Shown piece by piece: positions 54,292-62,196 of a stretch of 64,000 nucleotides of DNA. The notes under the pieces are model-generated. The model ran no database searches and had not been told where the DNA came from. It saw nothing but the letters and a program-made list of their open reading frames with translations. The position numbers were made by a program, and so were the translations under genes. The stretch lies in assembly GCA_046348775.1 (NCBI GenBank), contig JAXMDO010000004.1, positions 1,832-65,831 on the forward strand. Direction: 5' to 3'. This stretch comes from Rhodospirillales bacterium (GTDB lineage Bacteria; Pseudomonadota; Alphaproteobacteria; Rhodospirillales; Defluviicoccaceae). The stretch's first letter is position 1, and each line of letters begins with the position of its first letter.

Positions 54292-54993
54292 ATGGGTGCG
54301 ACCCAGAAAATCCTGATCATCGTCACCAATGTCTCAGAATACGAAAAGGTCGGTTACCGCACCGGCTTGTGGCTGGGGGAGCTGACCCACTTTTACGACG
54401 TGGCCGAGGAAGCGGGGTACACCATGGACATCGCCTCGCCCAGTGGCGGCACCGTTCCCATCGATGCGGAGAGCCTCACCAACAAGGTCCTCGACGATCT
54501 GGGGACCGGCGAGCGCTACAAGGATCGGGCGTTCATGGACCGCCTCAAGAATACGATGAAGGTCGAGGATGCGAAGCTGGAAGACTACGACGCCATCTAC
54601 ATGACGGGTGGTCACGGTGTTTCGTTCGACTTCCCCCGCTGCCGGGCCCTTGCCGGTCTCACGGCGCGGTTCTACGAAAGCAGACGCGTCGTCGCCGCCG
54701 TCTGCCATGGCCCCGCCGGTCTGCTGGAGGTAAAGACGAGTGACGGCGAGTACCTAATCAAGGGAAAGAAGCTGACCGCATTCTCCTGGAAGGAGGAAGA
54801 GCTGGCCGATCGCGCCGAGGCCGTGCCCTTTAGCCTGGAGGACGAACTGAAAAAACGCGGAGCCCTCTACGAGAAAGCGTCGCTGCCGTTTGTCGAGCAC
54901 GTGGTCAAAGACGGACTGCTGATTACCGGCCAAAACCCGGGCAGTGCACGACCCGTCGCCGAAGCGGTCGTCAAGTGCCTGACGACCGGCTGA
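54292..54993 (+). CDS. DJ-1/PfpI-family (type 1 glutamine amidotransferase-like) protein
   Basis: KILIIVTN...YDAIYMTGGHG...VAAVCHGPAGLL...GKKLTAFS. The nucleophile-elbow Cys-His context is typical of the Hsp31/DJ-1 class. Confidence 0.8.
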   Translation: MGATQKILIIVTNVSEYEKVGYRTGLWLGELTHFYDVAEEAGYTMDIASPSGGTVPIDAESLTNKVLDDLGTGERYKDRAFMDRLKNTMKVEDAKLEDYDAIYMTGGHGVSFDFPRCRALAGLTARFYESRRVVAAVCHGPAGLLEVKTSDGEYLIKGKKLTAFSWKEEELADRAEAVPFSLEDELKKRGALYEKASLPFVEHVVKDGLLITGQNPGSARPVAEAVVKCLTTG

Positions 54994-55030
54994 CGTGCGG
55001 TTCTCCTGTCGATGATAACGGTCTCGCTCG

Positions 55031-55675
55031 TCATGGCTTGGTGGGATCCGCATCGCGGCCGCGATCGACCCGGTAGCGGGGTAGCGACCAGTCCCAACGC
55101 AGCGCGGCGAGGCGGATCGCCGCCCCGGCGACGAACCCGCATGTCAACCCGATCTCCCGTGAGGCCCCACATGCCAGCAGCGCGATGAAGACCGCCGCTC
55201 CCGCCAGGGCGGCCGAAACGTAGATCTCCCGGCTGAGAATAAGCGGGCTTTCACCACCGAAGATATCGCGGATGATGCCGCCGAATGTGGCCGTAATCAC
55301 TCCCATGGCAGCGGCCACGACGGGCCCACTTCCGGCGAGCAGCGCCTTTTCTGCACCGGTTACGGCAAAGACGGCCATTCCGATGGCATCGAAGCGGAGG
55401 AGCAGCCTTTGTCGTGACTGGGGAATGTGGGCGAGAAAGAACATCGCGGTGGATACGACGACACAGGTGACGAGGTAGCCAGGCTCCGTCACCCAGAAGA
55501 CCGGAAGCGTTCCCAGCAACGTATCGCGGATGGTGCCGCCGCCGATCCCGGTTGCCGTCCCCAAGAGGATAAATCCGACGATATCCATCTCCTTGCGGGA
55601 TGCGACAAGGGCGCCGGTTATGGCGAATATGACGATGCCGAACCAGTCGAGAGCCGCCGCAAAGGTGTTGACCAT
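55031..55675 (-). CDS. UPF0126/YadS-type (TRIC-like) membrane protein
   Basis: From the ATG at 55675: LDWFGIVIFAITGALVASRKEMDIVGFILLGTATGIGGGTIRDTLLG, and the repeated half ...AVTGAEKAL...VITATFGGIIRDIFGG. This is the duplicated UPF0126 motif. Confidence 0.8.
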   Translation of the reverse strand: MVNTFAAALDWFGIVIFAITGALVASRKEMDIVGFILLGTATGIGGGTIRDTLLGTLPVFWVTEPGYLVTCVVVSTAMFFLAHIPQSRQRLLLRFDAIGMAVFAVTGAEKALLAGSGPVVAAAMGVITATFGGIIRDIFGGESPLILSREIYVSAALAGAAVFIALLACGASREIGLTCGFVAGAAIRLAALRWDWSLPRYRVDRGRDADPTKP

Positions 55676-55758
55676 GCTTGCTCCTCCGTCCGCGATCCTC
55701 TCGCCTCTGGCTGCGGAGGGCAGCGCTTGACCGCGGAGTCCCTTGCCGCGGCCGGCCG

Positions 55759-56721
55759 TTAATGCTTCGCCTTTGCCGGCCCGACCAGCCGCTTCGCGCC
55801 ACTGACGACGGCGAGGACGATGGCGCCGGCAACGATGCCGGCAAGGCCGGTCAGCAGCAACGGGGCCAGTGATTCCAGGATACTGCCGGCGCCGGGAAGC
55901 GTCGCCAGTCGGTGCGCGAGATCTTCGATCCAATGATGGACGAAGGGGATGCCGTGGACGAGGATGCCGCCGCCGACGAGGAACATCGCCGCCGTTCCGG
56001 CGACCGACAGCCCTTTCATCAGCCAGGGGGCGGCGCTGAGGATGCCGAAGCCGAGGCCCCGCTGCATCCGGGCGAACAGGCCGCCACCGGGGCGCTGGCT
56101 GAGGTAGAGGCCGCCGTCGTCCAGCTTGACGATGGCGGCGACAGCCCCGTAGACGCCAATGGTCATGATGACGGCGACGCCGGCGAGGACCGCCACCTGG
56201 GTGGTGAAGGCGGCGCCGGCGACGGTGCCGAGCGTGATGGCGATGATCTCGGCGGAGAGGACGAAGTCGGTGCGGATGGCACCCTTGACCTTGTCCTTCT
56301 CCATCGCGACCAAGTCGGCGGGTGCCATCGGCTCGATGGGCGTTGCCGCCGCCGCCAGCCTTTCTTCCGGAGTATGCGCGGCCTTCTTGTGGAACAGCTT
56401 GTGTGCCAGCTTTTCGGCGCCCTCGTAGCAGAGAAAGGCGCCGCCCACCATCAGCAGCGGCGTCACCGCCCATGGCGCGAAGGCGCTGATGGCGAGCGCC
56501 GCCGGCACCAGGATCAGCTTGTTGCGAAACGAGCCCTTGGCTACCGCCCAGACGACCGGCAATTCCCGCTCTGCCTTGACGCCGGCCACCTGCTGGGCGT
56601 TCAGGGCCAGATCGTCACCCAGCACGCCCGCGGTCTTGCGGGCGGCGACCTTGGTCAGCACCGCCACGTCGTCGAGGACGGTGGTGATATCGTCGAGCAG
56701 GACAAGCAGGCTCGATGCCAT
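55759..56721 (-). CDS. DUF808-family inner-membrane protein (YedI-like)
   Basis: From the ATG at 56721: MASSLLVLLDDITTVLDDVAVLTKVAARKTAGVLGDDLALNAQQV, which I recognise as the characteristic DUF808 N-terminus. Confidence 0.75.
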   Translation of the reverse strand: MASSLLVLLDDITTVLDDVAVLTKVAARKTAGVLGDDLALNAQQVAGVKAERELPVVWAVAKGSFRNKLILVPAALAISAFAPWAVTPLLMVGGAFLCYEGAEKLAHKLFHKKAAHTPEERLAAAATPIEPMAPADLVAMEKDKVKGAIRTDFVLSAEIIAITLGTVAGAAFTTQVAVLAGVAVIMTIGVYGAVAAIVKLDDGGLYLSQRPGGGLFARMQRGLGFGILSAAPWLMKGLSVAGTAAMFLVGGGILVHGIPFVHHWIEDLAHRLATLPGAGSILESLAPLLLTGLAGIVAGAIVLAVVSGAKRLVGPAKAKH

Positions 56722-57344
56722 CGACGATTCCCTTTCACCCATGCAGCTTGCCGGCTACCGGTCCTGGTCCCTGCTGTCAAGCCGCCGGTCGGCAAGGTTC
56801 GTACGGGGATCGAGGGTGGCGTTGCCGGCTCACAGACGGCCCGCAAAGGGTCGGGAAATGAAATACAGTCGGCGCACCAAGCGACAAAGAACCAGGAAAA
56901 CGGCCGAAGGCGGTTCTCGAGCCAAGGTGCGGTCGCGGGTTAGATTCAGTCCGTCTTCCCACTTTGAAACGGGGAGGCGCTTTGTTAAGGTGATCAAAAC
57001 GCGGCCCCATCGATCAATCCCACAAAAATTCGATGGAAGGCCGTCAATAACAAATACCGGGCCGCCCGGTTTCCATGCGCGTGGATATTGGGCCGGCTGA
57101 CGGTGCAAGGGAGGAGCCACGCGATGTTGCATCGCCAAGCAAGCCATGTTTGCCGGCCGTTGCCGGCCTGTCTCAGGCCGGGGGACGCGTCTGAGACATG
57201 GGGGACCGCCCCGTGAGAAGGACCCCCCTAACGGTCCCGCCGGCCGTGCTCCAATCCCGCCGAAACCGCGTGTGAGACCCCGGCCGTGTCGGCCATCGCG
57301 CCGTCGTGGCGCATCCAAACCAGCTAGCGGAGGAGGTGAGAAAG

Positions 57345-59060
57345 ATGCCCACGTGGCCACAAGTCTACGCGCCGATCGGCGGCAATCTCTGGCTATCGGC
57401 GCTGGTGGCGGTGATCCCGATCGTCTTTTTCTTCGTTGCCCTCGCCGGATTGCGCATGAAGGGACATGTCGCCGCGCTGATCACGGTGGCGCTCGCCGTC
57501 CTCGTCGCCGTCATCGCCTACGGGATGCCGGTCGGCATGGCGATCGCCGCCACCATCTACGGCTTCCTTTACGGATTGTGGCCGATCGCCTGGATCATCG
57601 TCGCCGCCGTGTTTCTTTATAAGCTCACGGTGAAGACCGGCCAGTTCGAGGTCATCCGCGCCTCGGTGCTGTCGATCACCGCCGACCAGCGGCTGCAGAT
57701 GGTGCTCGTCGGCTTCTGCTTCGGCGCCTTCCTGGAAGGCGCGGCGGGGTTCGGGGCGCCGGTGGCGATCACCGCCGCGCTTCTCGTCGGCCTCGGCTTC
57801 AATCCGCTTTACGCCGCCGGCCTCTGCCTGATCGCCAACACCGCCCCGGTTGCGTTCGGCGCCCTCGGCATTCCGATCACCGTCGCCGGCAAGGTAACCA
57901 ACATCGATCCGTTCATCATCGGTCAGATGGCCGGCCGCCAGCTACCGCTGCTGGCGTTTTTCGTGCCGTTCTGGCTGGTCTTCATCATGGACGGTCGCCG
58001 TGGGGTTATCGAGACACTTCCTGCGGTGGCCGTCGCCGGTGGCGCCTTCGCTATCACCCAGTTCTTCACCTCCAATTTCTGGGCCTACGAGCTGCCGGAC
58101 ATCACCTCCGCCCTGGTCAGTCTCATCGCCCTTTCCCTGTTCCTGAAAGTCTGGCAGCCGGCGCACAGTTTCTCCTTCCAGACCAGCACCGGCCAGAAGA
58201 GCACCGGATTTGCCCCCGGCGGCTCCGCCGGCGCGGCGGCGATGCCGACGGCACCGGCCTCGGGCCAGTACTCGCTGGGCGAAATCATCAAGGCCTGGTC
58301 GCCGTTCATCATCCTGACGATCATGGTGACCATCTGGACGCTTCCCTCGTTCAAGGCGCTGTTCGCTCCCGACGCCAGCCTCGGCGCCTGGGTGCTGTCC
58401 CTGCACATCCCCGGCCTCGACAATCTCGTCATCCGCGGCGAGCCCATCGTGCCGAAGCCGACCCCCTACGCCGCCGTCTACAAGTTCGACATCCTCGCCG
58501 CCACCGGCACTTCCATTCTTGCCGCCGCCGCCGTCTCGGCGTTCATCCTCAAGGTGCGTCCGGGGATGTTCTTCAGCACCCTCGGCGAGACGTTCGTCGA
58601 ACTGGTGAAGCCGATCTTCACCATCGGCCTGGTGCTGGGCTTCGCCTTCATCGCCAACTATTCGGGGATCTCGTCGACGCTCGGCCTGGCGTTCGCCGCC
58701 ACCGGCCATCTGTTCCCCTTCTTCTCGCCGTTCCTCGGCTGGCTCGGCGTCTTCCTCACCGGCTCCGATACCGCCAGCAACGCGCTGTTCGCCAACCTGC
58801 AGAACGTCACCGCCATGCAGATCGGCGTCAATCCGGTGCTCACCGTCGCCGCCAACACCACCGGCGGCGTCACCGGCAAGATGATCTCGCCGCAGTCGAT
58901 CGCCGTCGCCTGCGCCGCGGTCGGTCTCGTCGGCAAGGAGTCCGATCTGTTTCGCTTCACCCTCAAGCACAGCCTGTTTTTCGCGGTGATCGTCGGCATC
59001 ATCACCTACATCCAAGCGTACATTCTGCCGGGGATGGTGCCGATCGCGGCCGGTCACTGA
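57345..59060 (+). CDS. lctP: L-lactate permease (LctP family)
   Basis: From the ATG at 57345, preceded by GGAGGAGG: [30 protein letters not shown]...[24 protein letters not shown]...[18 protein letters not shown]. Confidence 0.9.
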   Translation: MPTWPQVYAPIGGNLWLSALVAVIPIVFFFVALAGLRMKGHVAALITVALAVLVAVIAYGMPVGMAIAATIYGFLYGLWPIAWIIVAAVFLYKLTVKTGQFEVIRASVLSITADQRLQMVLVGFCFGAFLEGAAGFGAPVAITAALLVGLGFNPLYAAGLCLIANTAPVAFGALGIPITVAGKVTNIDPFIIGQMAGRQLPLLAFFVPFWLVFIMDGRRGVIETLPAVAVAGGAFAITQFFTSNFWAYELPDITSALVSLIALSLFLKVWQPAHSFSFQTSTGQKSTGFAPGGSAGAAAMPTAPASGQYSLGEIIKAWSPFIILTIMVTIWTLPSFKALFAPDASLGAWVLSLHIPGLDNLVIRGEPIVPKPTPYAAVYKFDILAATGTSILAAAAVSAFILKVRPGMFFSTLGETFVELVKPIFTIGLVLGFAFIANYSGISSTLGLAFAATGHLFPFFSPFLGWLGVFLTGSDTASNALFANLQNVTAMQIGVNPVLTVAANTTGGVTGKMISPQSIAVACAAVGLVGKESDLFRFTLKHSLFFAVIVGIITYIQAYILPGMVPIAAGH

Positions 59061-59218
59061 GCCGCTTTCGCCCGAAGTCCGGTCGGCCGGGGGAGCGGCC
59101 GGCCGGGTTCCGTCGGCCGGGCCCACCGCCCGGGGCTTCACCGGGCCGCGAACCCGGCAACGGACGGGGCGGGCACAAGAGACAAGCTCGCCCGCTTCGC
59201 TCATGAGGAGGCAACGCC

Positions 59219-62122
59219 GTGGCACAGGCCATCACCGCAAAGGCGATTACCAACGAAGACTTCGCGCCCGCCACGCCCCACGCGGCGCTGATCCGGACCC
59301 TGGAGACGCTGCTGCCGCGCTCGCGCATCGTCACCGATCCGCTGCGCCGCCTCGCCTATGGCACCGATGCCAGCTTCTACCGGCTGGTGCCGGAGGTGGT
59401 CGCCATCGTCGACACCGAGGCGGAGGTGCAGGGGCTGTTGCGCATGTGCCGCATGTACGGGACGCCGGTGACCTTCCGCGCCGCCGGGACCAGCCTCTCC
59501 GGCCAGGCGGTCACCGATTCCGTTCTTTGTCTCATGGGCGACGGCTGGGGCGGCGTCGCCGTCGCCGATGATGCGGCGACGATCCGCCTGAAGCCGGGCG
59601 TCATCGGCAGCGAGGCGAACCGCCATCTGGCGCGCTTCGGCCGCAAGATCGGCCCCGACCCGGCGTCGATCAACGCCTGCAAGGTCGGCGGCATCGCCGC
59701 CAACAATGCGTCCGGCATGTGCTGCGGCACCGCCCAGAACAGCTACAACACGCTCGCCGCCATGCGCATCATCTTCGCCGACGGGTCGCTCCTCGATACC
59801 GGCGATGCCGGCAATCGCGACGCCTTCCGCCAGACCCACCGCTACCTGGTCGACGGCATCGCCGCGCTGCGCAGCGAGATCCTGGCCGAGCCCGAACTGG
59901 CCGCCCGCATCCGCCGCAAGTTCGCCATCAAGAACACCACCGGCTACAGCCTCAACGCGCTGGTCGATTTCGACGATCCCATCGACATCCTGCAGCACCT
60001 GATGATCGGCTCCGAGGGGACCCTGGGGTTCATCTCCGAGATCACCTACCGGACGGTGCCCGAATACGCCCACAAGGCGACGTCGCTGATGATGTTCGAC
60101 GGCGTGGTTTCCGCCTGCGAGGCGGTGATCGCCCTGAAGCGCACCCCGGTCGCCGCCGTCGAGCTCATCGATCGCGAGGGTCTGCGCTCGGTGGAGACCA
60201 AGCCGGGGCTGCCGACCTTCATCCGCGAGCTGCCGCCGGGTGCCACCGCCCTCCTCGTCGAGACCCGCGCCGAAGACGCCGCCACCCTGGCGGCCAACAT
60301 CGCCGCCATCGGCCAGGCCGTCGCCGGCGCGCGGACGCTGCGGCCGATCCAGTTCACCACCGATCCGGCCGAGTTCGAGCGTCTGTGGAACATCCGCAAG
60401 GGCCTGTTCCCGTCGGTGGCGGCGATGCGGCAGACGGGCACGCCGGTGATCATCGAGGACGTGGCGTTTCCCATCGAGAGCCTTGCCGCCGCTACCGCCG
60501 ACCTGCAGGGGCTGTTTGGCGAGTACGGCTTCGCCGACACCTTCATCTTCGGCCACGCGCTGGAAGGCAACCTGCACTTCGTCATCACCCCCGACCTGTC
60601 GTCGCCGGCCGAGATCGACCGCTATCGCCGCTTCATGGATGCGGTCACCCATATGGTCGTCGAGGGCTACGACGGCTCGCTGAAGGCCGAGCACGGCACC
60701 GGCCGCAACATGGCGCCCTTCGTCGAACTGGAGTGGGGTGCCCAGGCCTACGATCTGATGCGCCGGATCAAGCTGCTGCTGGATCCGGACGGGCTGCTCA
60801 ATCCGGGCGTCATCCTCAACGACGACCCGGAGGTCTACATCAAGAACGTCAAGCCGATGGCCGCCGCCGACCCCCTGGTCGACGGCTGCATGGAGTGCGG
60901 CTTCTGCGAGAAGATGTGTCCATCGCAGGGGATGACCTTCACCCCCCGCCAGCGCATCGTCGGCTGGCGGGAGATATCCCGGCTGGCCGGCCCTGGCGCC
61001 GACCCTGGCGACGCGGCGACGCGGGCCGCCTACCTGGACACCTATGCCTACCAGGGCCTGGAGACCTGCGCCGCCTGTGGCTTGTGCGCGCTCGCCTGTC
61101 CGGTCGGCATCGAGACCGGCCTGTTGACCAAGAAGCTGCGCGGGGCGGGGCAGACCGCCGTCTCCCGGCGGGTCGCCGGCTTCTTCGGCGACCACTACGG
61201 CACCGCCATGGCCGGCGTCCGCGAGGGATTGCGCCTGGTCGATCTGGCCGCGCGGGCGTTCGGTTCGGCGCGCATGGAGAGCATGGGCGGGGCGGCCCGC
61301 CAGTGGTCCGGCGGCCGGTTGCCGGCGTGGCGGCCGTCGATGCCGCGCGCCGCGGCGCTGCGGACGCAGGCCCCCGCCAACGGCGCTGGCCTTGCCGCCG
61401 ATGCGCCTACCGTCGTCTACCTGCCGGCCTGCACGTCGCGGACGATGGGCCCCGCCGGCAACGAGCCCGACGCCACCCCCTTGCCGCAGAAGACGATGGC
61501 GTTGCTGCAGAAGGCGGGCTTCCGCGTCGTCCTGCCGGATGGCCTCGGCAATCTCTGCTGCGGCCAGCCGTTCGAGAGCCGCGGCCTCTACGACGTCGCT
61601 GACACCAAGTCGAGGGAAGTGGAGGAAGCGCTGCGAACGGCCAGCGAGGACGGCCGGCTGCCCATCGTCTGCGACACCAGCCCATGCACCTTGCGCCTGA
61701 AGCAGAAGCTGGCGGAGTCGTTGCGGCCGGTCGACATCGTCGAGTTCATCCACGATCAGGTGCTGCCCCGGCTCGAGATCGAAAAGCAGGCGACGGCGGT
61801 GGCGCTGCACCTCACCTGTTCCGGCCGCCGGATGGGGCTGGAGGGCAAGCTGCAGGCGATCGGCCGCGCCTGCGCCGCGGAGGTGGTGATGCCGGCGGGC
61901 GTGCTCTGCTGCGGCTTCGCCGGCGACAAGGGCTTCAACACCCCGGAGCTGAAGGCGCACGCCCTGCGGACGCTGAAGGCGGAGGTGCCGGCGGGATGCG
62001 CCGGCGGCTATTCCCACAGCCGCACCTGCGAGATCGGCCTCTCCGACGAGTCCGGCGTCCCTTACCGCTCCATCGTCTACCTGGTCGACCAAGCCAGCCG
62101 ACGGAAGCAGAGCGCGGGGTAA
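59219..62122 (+). CDS. Large FAD-binding plus Fe-S oxidoreductase, D-lactate dehydrogenase-like (FAD-oxidase N-terminus, 2x[4Fe-4S], CCG domains)
   Basis: 967 aa. FAD PCMH-type N-terminus (RAAGTSLSGQA), FAD-oxidase C region (HALEGNLHF, KAEHGTGRNMAPF), ferredoxin motifs CMECGFCEKMCP and CAACGLCALACP, and cysteine-rich CCG-type repeats at the C-terminus (NLCCGQPF, VLCCGFAGDKG). It lies directly downstream of lctP. Confidence 0.8.
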   Translation: MAQAITAKAITNEDFAPATPHAALIRTLETLLPRSRIVTDPLRRLAYGTDASFYRLVPEVVAIVDTEAEVQGLLRMCRMYGTPVTFRAAGTSLSGQAVTDSVLCLMGDGWGGVAVADDAATIRLKPGVIGSEANRHLARFGRKIGPDPASINACKVGGIAANNASGMCCGTAQNSYNTLAAMRIIFADGSLLDTGDAGNRDAFRQTHRYLVDGIAALRSEILAEPELAARIRRKFAIKNTTGYSLNALVDFDDPIDILQHLMIGSEGTLGFISEITYRTVPEYAHKATSLMMFDGVVSACEAVIALKRTPVAAVELIDREGLRSVETKPGLPTFIRELPPGATALLVETRAEDAATLAANIAAIGQAVAGARTLRPIQFTTDPAEFERLWNIRKGLFPSVAAMRQTGTPVIIEDVAFPIESLAAATADLQGLFGEYGFADTFIFGHALEGNLHFVITPDLSSPAEIDRYRRFMDAVTHMVVEGYDGSLKAEHGTGRNMAPFVELEWGAQAYDLMRRIKLLLDPDGLLNPGVILNDDPEVYIKNVKPMAAADPLVDGCMECGFCEKMCPSQGMTFTPRQRIVGWREISRLAGPGADPGDAATRAAYLDTYAYQGLETCAACGLCALACPVGIETGLLTKKLRGAGQTAVSRRVAGFFGDHYGTAMAGVREGLRLVDLAARAFGSARMESMGGAARQWSGGRLPAWRPSMPRAAALRTQAPANGAGLAADAPTVVYLPACTSRTMGPAGNEPDATPLPQKTMALLQKAGFRVVLPDGLGNLCCGQPFESRGLYDVADTKSREVEEALRTASEDGRLPIVCDTSPCTLRLKQKLAESLRPVDIVEFIHDQVLPRLEIEKQATAVALHLTCSGRRMGLEGKLQAIGRACAAEVVMPAGVLCCGFAGDKGFNTPELKAHALRTLKAEVPAGCAGGYSHSRTCEIGLSDESGVPYRSIVYLVDQASRRKQSAG

Positions 62123-62196
62123 CCGCATTTGGGTTCGGGCTGACCTTCCGCCATAATGGACCCCATTGAGCGGGGAAGGCGAGGGACGGGCCGCCG

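Noticed and set aside
56870-56930. Possible SRP (4.5S) RNA-like motif, aaccaggaaaacggccgaaggcggttc
   Set aside because: - There is only superficial similarity (CCAGG ... CCGAAGG).
- The conserved domain IV elements, GGUCAGGUCCGGAAGGAAGCAGC-type loops with a GGAA tetraloop and AGCA, are not present.
- I kept it only as an unexplained hairpin within the long lctP upstream region.
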